This document shows positions 46,834-56,884 of a DNA stretch of 64,000 bases, in pieces. The notes under the pieces are model-generated. The model searched no databases, was not told the DNA's origin, and saw only the letters and a program-made list of their open reading frames with translations. Both the position numbers and the translations under genes were made by a program. Source of the stretch: an uncultured Nitrospiraceae bacterium (GTDB lineage Bacteria > Nitrospirota > Thermodesulfovibrionia > Thermodesulfovibrionales > UBA6898). The DNA is taken from assembly GCA_963811165.1 (NCBI GenBank), contig CAWEQH010000010.1, forward strand, positions 1,117,676 through 1,181,675. The letters run 5' to 3'. Each line of letters starts with the position of its first letter. Within the stretch, counting starts at the first letter, position 1.

Positions 46834-48099
46834 TTATCTTCCCTTTCCTTCGCCCCTTTCGGCCTTCGCCCTCATGTCGGCCGCCGCTTCCTTTATTTCA
46901 GTAAGATCTCTCTGCATCTCACTCCAGCCATACCACAATGCATAGTCGGGATTGGCATGAAATGTACCCTGGAATGTCCTCATCCTGTGTTCCAGAAACA
47001 TTACAAAGAGCTTCTGCTCGATCACAGTCGGCGCATCATGAAAAGTGAGAAGATCAGGGAACGGATATGCATAGGCCCTGGGCTGCTTAAGGACGCCGTC
47101 TCTATACAGACCGGCAATTATTCGGATTGCCTCGGCCATCAGATGGTCGGCGGCCCTGATGATCTGGTCGCCTTTTGCCAGTTCGGCCTTCGCAAAATTG
47201 ATTGAATGGCACTGATGGCACGTACCGATCATTTTGTCACGGTCCTTCTGCCACTCTTCCTGTGTCACTCTGACAACATTGGCTGCCTTCACTACTTCGA
47301 GGCGGGGGGTCGGCTTCCCTGCAGGGTTAATCACCCCGAGCGCCTGCAGGATCGTCAAGCGGTCCTCAGCCCACTGTTTGTCATCAGGCATGGGAAGCCT
47401 GACGGCAAGGAATCCCCATGCAGCCCTTACCGTATGATTGCCTTCCTGCATATGGCATGTTTGGCAGGTGGGCGCCGAGATGTCTTCCGACAAAGTCTTA
47501 TTTTGTTTCAGCAAAAATCTTACGCCGTGCTTGGACCCGGAGTACATCTCCCACTGCGGGTGATCAAACCCCATATGGCATGTCTGGCAAGCTTGCGGCT
47601 GCCGCGCCTCCTGTACCGAGAAAGTGTGTCGTGTGTGACATGAATCGCATGCGGCATTGCCAAAAACCTGACCGCTCTTTTTCAACTCCTTTATCTCCTC
47701 TTCGCTTTTCATCCCTATTTTATGGCACCCTCCGCATCCTTTCTTGCCTTCGATCAATGCCATGGGTTGCCAGTGTATGGTTGGCATCGCCTCCATGGCC
47801 GCCCACGCAAGAGCATGCTTACCGCCTTTGTACTGCGCAACCTGCTTGCGGTGACACTTCCCGCATGTATCCGGTGTCGGAATCTGGACATTTGACACAT
47901 CCTCGCCTGAGGTATGCTTATCCCCATGGCAGACCGAACAGCCAACGCCGCTTTTGCTATGTTTGCTGATCTCCCAGTCGGAGACGGCGCGGGGGGTCAC
48001 TTTCTTATGGCATTCCACGCATATTTGGGCCGAGGCGGTAAGGGTGACCGCCAAGAACCCTACGATAAATAATGACATCCTTAGAATCATCTTCTTCAT
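46834..48099 (-). CDS. Octaheme hydroxylamine-oxidoreductase-family cytochrome c
   Basis: 8 CxxCH, CHTRHTFS..EAR.P..C..CHMGFDHPQWE.Y..SKHG, GTFHANPDYALWYGW. Confidence 0.85.
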   Translation of the reverse strand: MKKMILRMSLFIVGFLAVTLTASAQICVECHKKVTPRAVSDWEISKHSKSGVGCSVCHGDKHTSGEDVSNVQIPTPDTCGKCHRKQVAQYKGGKHALAWAAMEAMPTIHWQPMALIEGKKGCGGCHKIGMKSEEEIKELKKSGQVFGNAACDSCHTRHTFSVQEARQPQACQTCHMGFDHPQWEMYSGSKHGVRFLLKQNKTLSEDISAPTCQTCHMQEGNHTVRAAWGFLAVRLPMPDDKQWAEDRLTILQALGVINPAGKPTPRLEVVKAANVVRVTQEEWQKDRDKMIGTCHQCHSINFAKAELAKGDQIIRAADHLMAEAIRIIAGLYRDGVLKQPRAYAYPFPDLLTFHDAPTVIEQKLFVMFLEHRMRTFQGTFHANPDYALWYGWSEMQRDLTEIKEAAADMRAKAERGEGKGR

Positions 48100-48349
48100 G
48101 CTTGGCCTCCTTTGAGACAGTTTGACTAAATTCTTTAGAGGAATTACCTTTCTCCGAACCTGTTCATGATCTTTACCTAAGTTTCGCTCATGTTATAACA
48201 CACTTCAAGTCGCTTTTTTAAGAAAGGTCTTGGAAAGTCGGCCTAATGCACATGGGGAGACAGTGCCTTCATTTCACCGACTACTTAACGCAATTCACCG
48301 GACCGCAACATTGAAGATTTCTGATCGCAACAGACACAAAACAACCCGT

Positions 48350-50470
48350 CTAATTCTTAATTGCGCTGACCAGCCTGAACCACATTTGACCATCTGTCGA
48401 AGGCGCGGACTCAAAATCAGCCCGATATGAGATGCTGTTATAGATTCCCGCAGGCACATGAAGCTTAAAATCAGCAGTCAATGTTGACAGTGAACAGTTG
48501 ATGAAGTCCGCGGGGTTTGCAGCGCTATAGCCCGTAACGCGGCACATAAGGCTATCATTAGCGGCAGTCTCACACGCCGCATCACCCTGCAAATAAGTTC
48601 CATTGAAGGCGATGATCGGAATGTGAAGGGCAAAGTCGGCTGACAACGTTGCTGCACAATTGCCGCTGAGAGGGTCTGACTGAAGGATTGTGCCACTACT
48701 CCCTACTACAAAAAGACTATTGTCATAAAAAACTGTTGCATTAGCAGTAGATGGCAAGGATTCGCGAGTCCATTTTACCCCGTCACCGGTTAATAAAAGT
48801 GACGCGCCGTCTACCGCAACAAAACTCTGATACCCATAACTTACATTTATAAGGGGACTGTCCTCCGTAATGTTTTTGCTCCAAGTTAAGCCGTCCGGCG
48901 AGGTATAAATTCCTCGATAATCAGGAAAATAACCAAAAAAATCATAGTTACCACCGACAGCTATAAACAAGCCGTTTCCGTATGAGATGGAATAAAGTAA
49001 TACATCGGGGGTAGCGATCTCAGTCCATGTAAAGCCATCTTCTGAAATAACAATTTGATCTCCCACCGCAACAAAAATATCTTTTCCGTAAGTTATTCCA
49101 TATAAGTCAAACGGGACCAGCATTTCGTTCCAATTTTTGCCATCGTAGGATAACAAGACCTTGCCGCGCGCGATTGCCACAAATTTTTCATTACCATAAG
49201 CTATCCCCCTTAGATAAGTACCAAAGCCATTAATTTTCCACGGATCGGGATCACTATAGGTCTTTTCCCAAGTCATACCGTCCGACGATGTTAGAATTAT
49301 TGAAAAAGGGAGGCCATTAGAATATGCGTTTCCTACCGCAACAAAACTGTTATTTCCATATGCAACACCGGCTAACCAGGCATCATAATTGGTGTTGTGC
49401 CAATTGACTCCATCTGTTGAGGCCCCTAAGCCGCTGCCACCAGCAGCAACGAGGGTCCCGTTTCCGGCCGTTATTGAATTAAAGTTATATAAGACACCTT
49501 TAGAAGTTTGTGTCCAATTTTCTCCATCAGATGTTGAAAAAATAGCGCCATACTTACCGACCGAAACAAAAGCTTTACTGCCATATGTTAAAGCATTCAA
49601 TTCATAGCTGACCGACAAGTCCAGTTCCTGCCAATCAACTCCGTCGAAAGAGGTGAGAACAACATTTCTGTTGCGTTCAACTGCGAACCCGATAGCCTCG
49701 AACATCGAGTTCCCATGGGTAATATCTTTAAAGTAAATTCTGTCTAGAAACGACCCGGTGTTTGAGAATGTCTGGGTCCAATGCCGCCCATCACTAGATA
49801 TCAGAATTCTGCTATTATCTCCGACCGCGACAAAGACGCCGTTACTAAAGAATCTGACATTCGTTAAAGCGGTAATTAAAGAAGTCTGCTCCCATATAAT
49901 TCCATCGGCTGACGCGAAAATACCGCCCGCATTTGAAATAGCAACAAAAATACCTTTTCCGAATGTGACATTATAAAACTCGCCGAAGTCCCCTGAGAAC
50001 TTTCGAACCCACTCCACGCCATCAGTCGATATATATGCCGTCGCATTACGGCTGGAGGATTCTGCGCCCACTGCTAAAAACATGCCATTGCCATATGCTA
50101 TTCCGCTTAAGGACAGATCACTTCCAAGGTCCTTGGTATTCCATTTTTTGCCGTCCCAAGAGGTGAATATCTTACCTCCATCAGCAACCGCTACATAGAT
50201 GCCATTTGCGTTAGTTATTGCTCTAAGATTCGAATCTGTAACGGACGGCTGCGCTGCCCAATTAATGCCATCGGAAGAGGTGACGACACTTCCGAAATCC
50301 CCAACAGCCACGAACATGTTGTCTGCATAAATTACATCATTCAGATTATTGCCTTGCGGTAAAGGATTCCTCCAGTGCCAGTTATCAAGTGGATCTGCTG
50401 ATGATTGATAAGGAAAAGCGACAAGAATTAACAACAGACTGAACAAAATTGTTCTCCTGAGTTTCACCAT
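48350..50470 (-). CDS. Secreted BNR/WD40-like beta-propeller repeat protein
   Basis: Signal SSA, DNWHWRNPLPQGNNL, repeated YGNG.FVAVG..G.I..S.DG..W units; AT-richer than flanks. Confidence 0.8.
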   Translation of the reverse strand: MVKLRRTILFSLLLILVAFPYQSSADPLDNWHWRNPLPQGNNLNDVIYADNMFVAVGDFGSVVTSSDGINWAAQPSVTDSNLRAITNANGIYVAVADGGKIFTSWDGKKWNTKDLGSDLSLSGIAYGNGMFLAVGAESSSRNATAYISTDGVEWVRKFSGDFGEFYNVTFGKGIFVAISNAGGIFASADGIIWEQTSLITALTNVRFFSNGVFVAVGDNSRILISSDGRHWTQTFSNTGSFLDRIYFKDITHGNSMFEAIGFAVERNRNVVLTSFDGVDWQELDLSVSYELNALTYGSKAFVSVGKYGAIFSTSDGENWTQTSKGVLYNFNSITAGNGTLVAAGGSGLGASTDGVNWHNTNYDAWLAGVAYGNNSFVAVGNAYSNGLPFSIILTSSDGMTWEKTYSDPDPWKINGFGTYLRGIAYGNEKFVAIARGKVLLSYDGKNWNEMLVPFDLYGITYGKDIFVAVGDQIVISEDGFTWTEIATPDVLLYSISYGNGLFIAVGGNYDFFGYFPDYRGIYTSPDGLTWSKNITEDSPLINVSYGYQSFVAVDGASLLLTGDGVKWTRESLPSTANATVFYDNSLFVVGSSGTILQSDPLSGNCAATLSADFALHIPIIAFNGTYLQGDAACETAANDSLMCRVTGYSAANPADFINCSLSTLTADFKLHVPAGIYNSISYRADFESAPSTDGQMWFRLVSAIKN

Positions 50471-50889
50471 GCTTCCCTCCAGTTTAAATACTATTTTCCC
50501 CCGACAGCTAGCAGTTATTTTATAGCTTGCAGATCAAATCACTGTCAAGGAAAAACTCTCTGTTGCTGGTTGAACTCCACTAAGTGCAGGAAGAAAATGA
50601 GATTCGGCCTTCGCTGTCTGTAAATTCAAGTCGTAGTATTTACAGAGCATTCATAAATATAGCTTAGGCAAAATCTTAGTCGGCCGCCTCCCGCTTTTGA
50701 TGTCAGACTTTTCAGAAAATGCGGACTGTCCGGACAGTCGTTTACGAACACATCACTGATATACGTCTCAACTGCAAGCATCAGGATGAACATAACTGAT
50801 AGAGAACCGAATATCAGGGACAAGATGGCCGAAAGGCCTCTCTGCTGACCGTTTCCCATGTTTGACATCTACCCGTTGACCTCATGGAA

Positions 50890-50994
50890 TGGATCCCCGG
50901 GTCCCTCCAAAAGACCGGCGGGCAGGCAGGCCCGAGGATGACGATCTTAAGTGATTGTTGTACGTCATTCCCGCGGGTATTAGGCGGGAATCCA
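50890..50994. repeat. REP/RPE-like palindromes (two halves, back-to-back)
   Basis: TGGATCCCCGGG...CCCGAGGATGAC and GTCATTCCCGC...GCGGGAATCCA. Confidence 0.65.
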
Positions 50995-51095
50995 CTTAGT
51001 TGTATGATTAATTCAGTTTATTTGGAAATAAACTATTTTTCTGGCAGCAGAGGTTGATCGGGCAAAGGCGCAGGATGCACAAAAAATCAGTTTTT

Positions 51096-51863
51096 TTATC
51101 CGGCCTTGAGAAAAGTCTTGATGCGGCCCTCCTTTTCATGAACGCCGCTCGGGCTCAATTTGACGACCTCCGACCTTTTCCAGTTTTGGAAGAGGTCTAT
51201 GATCTGGTCGAGCGAGTCCTGATGAAGCTGTTCGATCGTCTCCCTGTCGGGCAGGGAAGTGATGAGGTTCCTGTCGATAAAATTCCCTATCTTTTCCCTG
51301 TTGAAGACCGAAAGGAAGATCATACTCTTAAATATCCTCTTGTTGGTCTTGAAGGAAAAGACAAGACGGTCGAGGGAATGTTCCAGAAAAAGGTCGTTTC
51401 GCATCTGGATATTCCTGTCGATCGCAATCGCCTGGAGCCAGTATTTCTTGTCGATGATGCAGTCGGCCTTCATCTCCATCACAGTATGCCCGACGTTCCT
51501 TCTGTCGGCCGTATACACGTTGTGGGCGACCGTATCGGCGGCGAGATGACTCATGTAGCCATAAACAAAAGCCTTTTGCTGGTCGGTCTTCGACACCCTG
51601 AAGAGATCGAACGCCACATCCCAGTTGTGCGAGCTTCTATGGTCGGGCAGATACTGCTTGCCGATAATGATGTCTGCCATCAGATTGCCGTACAAAAAAT
51701 CCTTTCGGTATCTCCTTATGACCTCCAGAAGCCCTGCGGGCAGGAGCGGACTCAGAGAGAAAAGCTCATTTCCGAGATACATATGGGTAAGAGGTCCCCA
51801 GGCGAAAGCAGCAGCAGGGATCAGCAAAAAAGATATCACAAGTGAAATTTTGAATAGCCTCAT
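51096..51863 (-). CDS. Zinc-dependent phospholipase C family protein
   Basis: Signal then WGPLTH, GNLMAD, SHNW, GYMSHLAADTVAH, H..ME. Confidence 0.82.
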   Translation of the reverse strand: MRLFKISLVISFLLIPAAAFAWGPLTHMYLGNELFSLSPLLPAGLLEVIRRYRKDFLYGNLMADIIIGKQYLPDHRSSHNWDVAFDLFRVSKTDQQKAFVYGYMSHLAADTVAHNVYTADRRNVGHTVMEMKADCIIDKKYWLQAIAIDRNIQMRNDLFLEHSLDRLVFSFKTNKRIFKSMIFLSVFNREKIGNFIDRNLITSLPDRETIEQLHQDSLDQIIDLFQNWKRSEVVKLSPSGVHEKEGRIKTFLKAG

Positions 51864-53311
51864 GCCAGTTCCCTCACGAATTCTGAAAGGAGCCTCACTC
51901 CGACACCGGAAGCCCCTTTCGGAATATAAGGCCTTTCTTTTTCGACCCACGCGGTACCCGCAATATCCAGGTGCACCCATGGCATCTCCCCCGCAAATTC
52001 CTTCAAAAAATATGCCGACGTCACGAGTGACGCGGTCCTGCCGCCTGTATTTTTTATGTCGGCAATATCGCTCTTTACATATTCTTTATATTCCTCAAAA
52101 AGGGGCATTTCCCAGACCCTTTCGTACACTTGGTCGCCGCATCTTTTCATGGCATCAAGCAGTCCCCTGTCATTTCCCATCATTGCAATCGCCTCGCCAC
52201 CCAGCGCGACTGAACACGCGCCGGTAAGCGTTGCGATATCGATGACCGCACGCGGCTTGAAACGTTTTGCATAGCGGATTGCATCGGCAACGACCAAGCG
52301 GCCCTCCGCGTCGGTATTGATTATCTCCACGGTCGTCCCCCCGACCGACCTGACAATGTCCCCGGGCTTGGTTGCCGAGCCCCCCGGCAGATTCTCCGTA
52401 GCAGGGAGGACGCCTATAAGATTGACCGGCAGGGCCGACTCAGATACCGCCTTCATCACACCCAAAACGGCCGCGCCTCCGGCCATGTCGTATTTCATCT
52501 TTTCCATGCCTTCGGCAGGCTTTAATGAGATGCCGCCGCTGTCGAAGGTGATCGACTTGCCGACGAGCACCAGGGGCGCCCCCTTTCCGCCTTTGTAATC
52601 AAGTACAACGAATTTGGGAGGCTCGTGAGATCCCTTTGCCACTGCAAGATATGCACCCATGCCAAGCTTCTGTGCGTCCTTTCTTTCAAGTACCCTCACC
52701 GAAAGTTTCCTGCTTCTGAGCGAAAGAGCCGCCTTGGCCAGATGGGTGGGGGTCATGTCGTTGGAAGGGGTATTGATCAGGTCCTTTGCGAAAGAGACCG
52801 AAGAGGCCAAGGTCCCGGCCCAGTGGAGTTCCTGCTTCAAGGCCTTCGACGGTTTAGACAGGACAGCCATACTGTTTAATGTCTCGCCGTTTTTTTCTTT
52901 CTTATAGCGGAAATAGGAATAAAGGGCAAGTAAGACGCCCTCCGCAAAAAAAGACGGAGAGAGCTTAAAAGAAAAAATGAGTTTAGAGGACAACGCGGCC
53001 TTCTTCATCCCATTGTCTCTCAGATAACCGGCCGATCTTCCCCCGGCCTGCCTCAGCCCCTCGGCAGTTACCCCCTCTTTCTTTCCGAGGCCGGCAAGCA
53101 ATATCCACTCAGCCTTAAAACCCTCCGGTGCAGGGACCAGGAAGACTTCATTTTTTTTGCCGCTGAACTTTTTGGCAAAGGCCTTTTTGATCGCCTCCGC
53201 CGCAGGTCTGCCGAGATAGTCGTATTGCTTGGTCCCGCCCTCTGTCACGGGAAGGATGAGGGCATCACAGGCACAGTCCTTCTCCCTGAGATCTTTTACA
53301 GATATATCCAT
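51860..53311 (-). CDS. pepA: Leucyl aminopeptidase (M17)
   Basis: GKSITFDSGGISLK, MKYDMAG, NTDAEGRL, ATLTGA, WVHLDIAG. Confidence 0.96.
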   Translation of the reverse strand: MDISVKDLREKDCACDALILPVTEGGTKQYDYLGRPAAEAIKKAFAKKFSGKKNEVFLVPAPEGFKAEWILLAGLGKKEGVTAEGLRQAGGRSAGYLRDNGMKKAALSSKLIFSFKLSPSFFAEGVLLALYSYFRYKKEKNGETLNSMAVLSKPSKALKQELHWAGTLASSVSFAKDLINTPSNDMTPTHLAKAALSLRSRKLSVRVLERKDAQKLGMGAYLAVAKGSHEPPKFVVLDYKGGKGAPLVLVGKSITFDSGGISLKPAEGMEKMKYDMAGGAAVLGVMKAVSESALPVNLIGVLPATENLPGGSATKPGDIVRSVGGTTVEIINTDAEGRLVVADAIRYAKRFKPRAVIDIATLTGACSVALGGEAIAMMGNDRGLLDAMKRCGDQVYERVWEMPLFEEYKEYVKSDIADIKNTGGRTASLVTSAYFLKEFAGEMPWVHLDIAGTAWVEKERPYIPKGASGVGVRLLSEFVRELA

Positions 53312-53453
53312 AAATTACCTTTTAACGAATACCTTATAATTGCAAAGCATACACAAACACTAACTGTATAATTTTAGCCTATTTCCCTGAAAAATATCCA
53401 CCCGCCGGACTGCCGAAGATTGACACAAAAATACCATTTAGACATTATGTAGT

Positions 53454-54629
53454 ATGGGGTATGTTGAGAATAATCCTGATTTATCGATACGGAACATCGA
53501 GAGTATATTCGGTACCCCCTTTACGGGCGGCAATAAGATCACGTTATTGAAGGGACCGGATTCCTTCATTACCATATTCGATGCGGTCCGTAGCGCAAGG
53601 GATTGCATATGTCTTGCATTTTATATATTCAGAAACGATGAAACCGGTGCTGAACTGGCCGAGATCCTCCGGAAGAAGGCGTCTGAGGGCGTCAGGGTTT
53701 ATATCATTTACGACCATTTCGGTTCGATAAGCACCCCGGCAACATTCTGGAAGTATCTCGGGGAGTCCGGGATCAGGATACGTGCATCGCACCCTTTCAA
53801 GTGGACCGCGCCTTTTCACTATGTCCACAGGGACCACCGCAAACTCATCATCGTTGACGGCCTCTACGCATTTACGGGCGGCCTTAATATCGCAAATGAA
53901 TACCGGGGATATCATTTCATAAGGAAAAAGCTCATAAAAAAAAGAAAGGGGTGGAGAGATACCGGCATATTCCTTGAGGGACCGATAGCCGCGACACTCT
54001 TTGAGGAGTTCAGAAGAAGCTGGGCGGTATGGAAGGGCGGGACCATCACCGCCGTGAAAAACACGCACCCGGTTGAAGGGGGACTTCCGGTGCTGCCTAT
54101 CTTCGCCAGTTCGGCAAAGGGCAGACGGAAGATGAGGAAACTCCTTTACTTCAGCATCGCCAGGTCCCGAAGAAGTATTTACCTTACCACGGCCTATTTC
54201 ACCCCTAGCAGGAGGATGCTCCAGATACTCGAGGAGGCCGTCGTCGGGGGAGCGGACGTAAAACTGCTCCTGCCCGGCAGATCAGACATCTCGGCCGCTC
54301 TGTATGCCGCCCGGGCCTATTTTACGAGGCTTATCAGGGCGGGCGTCGAGATATATACCTACCGTGGTGAGATACTGCACGCCAAGACCGCTGTCTTCGA
54401 CGGCGTCTGGAGCATCATCGGGTCGACGAACCTCGATTTCCAGTCCCTAAGGAGAAACGATGAAGGCAACGTCGGCATAGTGGACGAAGACTTCGGCAGG
54501 CAGATGTGTGATACCTTTTCCGAAGACCTGAGAAACTCCGAGAGGGTAGACCTCGAAGAATGGCTTAACCGACCAATCTTTGAAAAAATAAAGGAACGAT
54601 TCTTCTCTCTTTTCAGGAGGCGGCTCTGA
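53454..54629 (+). CDS. cls: Cardiolipin synthase / phospholipase D family
   Basis: Two HKD motifs (HRKLIIVD, HAKTAVFD), GSTNLD. Confidence 0.9.
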   Translation: MGYVENNPDLSIRNIESIFGTPFTGGNKITLLKGPDSFITIFDAVRSARDCICLAFYIFRNDETGAELAEILRKKASEGVRVYIIYDHFGSISTPATFWKYLGESGIRIRASHPFKWTAPFHYVHRDHRKLIIVDGLYAFTGGLNIANEYRGYHFIRKKLIKKRKGWRDTGIFLEGPIAATLFEEFRRSWAVWKGGTITAVKNTHPVEGGLPVLPIFASSAKGRRKMRKLLYFSIARSRRSIYLTTAYFTPSRRMLQILEEAVVGGADVKLLLPGRSDISAALYAARAYFTRLIRAGVEIYTYRGEILHAKTAVFDGVWSIIGSTNLDFQSLRRNDEGNVGIVDEDFGRQMCDTFSEDLRNSERVDLEEWLNRPIFEKIKERFFSLFRRRL

Positions 54630-54729
54630 CCTATACCCGCAGATGCGGTCTTCGAGGGGGACTTTTTTTGCACGGCCGGCAGACAAAATCCTTCCCCTTT
54701 TTGGGTATAATACTTACTCCTTAAAGCTC

Positions 54730-55383
54730 ATGGAATATTATTTCCTTTTTATCATATCGGCATTTATGATGGGTTTTATCGCCGCTGTCCCGGTAGGCCC
54801 GGTCCAGATAGAAGTCATGAAGAGGTCTATAAACGGCCACTTTAAGTCTTCTCTCATGGTCATCCTCGGCGCGTTCCTGTCGGACATCGCCTACGGCGCG
54901 ATCGCCTTCTTTGGTATTGCCCCGTTTCTAAGGGAGCGGATGGTAATGGCGGCCTTCTGGCTCTGCGGGGGCGTGATCCTGATCATCCTGGGCATGCTCA
55001 CAGTGAGGAACAGTCTCCAGGCAGACAAATCCGGTCGGGACTCGAAACACCTGAAGAAAAAGCGGTGGGCTTTTATCGGCGGGCTCTCCCTCTCCGGGAC
55101 AAACCCGATGATGGTGCTGTGGTGGCTTCTGGCGGCAAGGCTATTCCTGGATGTGGGTCTGATTCACGATTTTACGCCGGAGGTCGCGGCCACCTTCCTC
55201 ATCGCCGGAGGCATCGGTCTGGCTTCGTATCTTGTGCTGCTTTCACTATTCCTCTATTGGGCGAAACGGTTCATATCAGAGCACAAAATCCAACGTATCA
55301 ATCTTGGCTTCGGGATAGTCCTGCTCTTAATAGCGGGGTATTTCATCTTCACATCGTTACAGTATTTTTTTCAGTCGCGATAA
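54730..55383 (+). CDS. LysE-family translocator
   Basis: AAVPVGPV, GAFLSD, TNP..VLWW, 6 TMs. Confidence 0.85.
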   Translation: MEYYFLFIISAFMMGFIAAVPVGPVQIEVMKRSINGHFKSSLMVILGAFLSDIAYGAIAFFGIAPFLRERMVMAAFWLCGGVILIILGMLTVRNSLQADKSGRDSKHLKKKRWAFIGGLSLSGTNPMMVLWWLLAARLFLDVGLIHDFTPEVAATFLIAGGIGLASYLVLLSLFLYWAKRFISEHKIQRINLGFGIVLLLIAGYFIFTSLQYFFQSR

Positions 55384-55409
55384 AAGGCCGGGTGTTATCA
55401 CACGCCAGG

Positions 55410-55437
55410 GAAGGCCCCTTCCCCTGAAGGGGCCTTC
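55410..55437. terminator. Hairpin between convergent genes
   Basis: GAAGGCCCCTTC-CCCT-GAAGGGGCCTTC perfect 12-bp stem. Confidence 0.65.
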
Positions 55438-55488
55438 TTCTATGATTGCAGAATTTCTAAGTCTTCACACTTCGGCTCTCACACATAC

Positions 55489-55833
55489 CTAATCTTTTTT
55501 CAGCGATTTTATGTAAGCAACAAGGTCGGCCATATCAGCGCCTTTCGGATCAAGCGCGCTGCCGTGGAGGGCCTTTTCGATGTCCCAGTTGATGACCGCC
55601 TCGAGGCTATTAAATTTTTTCCCCATCATCTTCCATCCTTTCCTGTCACCTGCATCCTCAAGACCTTTCCCCCCCGGATGACAGGAATTACAACTCTTTC
55701 CTGAAGTCGCTCCTGCCAGCTTCGGATCATTGAAAAGATCCTTGCCTCTTTTGGCATCGCCCCCCGCAAAGGCAGAAGAGCAAATAAATCCTGCGACTAG
55801 CAATAAGAAAACCAATACCTTTAGAATCTTCAC
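55489..55833 (-). CDS. Small exported monoheme cytochrome c
   Basis: AAGGAGG RBS, GTG start, signal AFA, GKDLFNDPKL..SCNSCH, DLVAYIKSL. Confidence 0.85.
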   Translation of the reverse strand: MKILKVLVFLLLVAGFICSSAFAGGDAKRGKDLFNDPKLAGATSGKSCNSCHPGGKGLEDAGDRKGWKMMGKKFNSLEAVINWDIEKALHGSALDPKGADMADLVAYIKSLKKD

Positions 55834-56149
55834 CTTTTACACCTCCTTTCATGTTGTTGTGAGGATCTCTTTCCCGCCTTGATTCTGACAACAAAACCGC
55901 AGACAATCCCTCTATCCGGTTTTACGGACAGCATTTATTTAGAGTGTAGTATGAGGCCGTCTCCTTTGCAACTCCTTTTTTGGAAGATTCTTTTTTGGAA
56001 AATCTGACAAATTGTAACTCTTCCCCTCGCCCCTGATTATCAAGTTGATAGCTTGCGCTCTTGAGAATAAGGCATAACTCTCATCCCTTGATGCCATTTA
56101 TTGCTTTGTTCCCTTTGATAAAGGAATGAGGCTCCACTATAATAATTCC

Positions 56150-56884
56150 ATGACTATTGTGAGCGCAAAGGCCCTGACCAGGGATTACGATTCTTTCAGG
56201 GCGGTCGATGCCGTCGACTTCGAAATATCGAAGGGTGAGTTTTTTGGGTTTTTGGGGCCGAATGGGGCGGGAAAGACGACGGTAATGCGTGTCATCTATT
56301 GTTTTATGCCTCCCTCATCAGGAGAGGTGAAAGTTTTCGACCTGGACGTTACCAAAGACCCCAGCAGGATAAAAGCGAAGATAGGAGTTATGCCCCAGGA
56401 GGACAATCTCGATCCCGACCTCACCGTCCTTGAAAATTTGACCGTGTATGCGCGGTATTTCGATATAGCAAGGCGGGAGGCTCTCCGATCCTCATCGGAA
56501 CTCCTCGAATTCGTCGAACTTGCAGATAAAGCAAAGTCAAAGATAGGCAATCTCTCAGGGGGGATGAAGCGAAGGCTCATTCTTGCAAGGTCGTTAATAA
56601 ACAATCCTGAGTTGCTGATCATGGATGAGCCAACAACAGGTCTCGACCCGCGTAGCAGGCATGCTGTCTGGGACAAACTGAACCAGCTTAAGGAAAAGAA
56701 TACGACTATTATCCTTACTACCCATTACATAGAAGAGGCAGAAAAACTCTGTGACAGGGTGGCAATCATGGATGCAGGCAAAATAGTGACAATAGCATCT
56801 CCCGCAGCTCTCATGCGCCTGCATGGAGGAAACCTTGAAGACGTCTATCTCAAACTAACCGGAAAGACCCTTATCTTGCCATGA
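56150..56884 (+). CDS. ABC transporter ATP-binding protein (NodI-like)
   Basis: GPNGAGKT, LSGGMKRR, DEPTTGLD. Confidence 0.92.
   Translation: MTIVSAKALTRDYDSFRAVDAVDFEISKGEFFGFLGPNGAGKTTVMRVIYCFMPPSSGEVKVFDLDVTKDPSRIKAKIGVMPQEDNLDPDLTVLENLTVYARYFDIARREALRSSSELLEFVELADKAKSKIGNLSGGMKRRLILARSLINNPELLIMDEPTTGLDPRSRHAVWDKLNQLKEKNTTIILTTHYIEEAEKLCDRVAIMDAGKIVTIASPAALMRLHGGNLEDVYLKLTGKTLILP

Noticed and set aside
50626..50868. 80-aa ORF with one hydrophobic segment
   Set aside because: No RBS or recognisable family; may be a remnant
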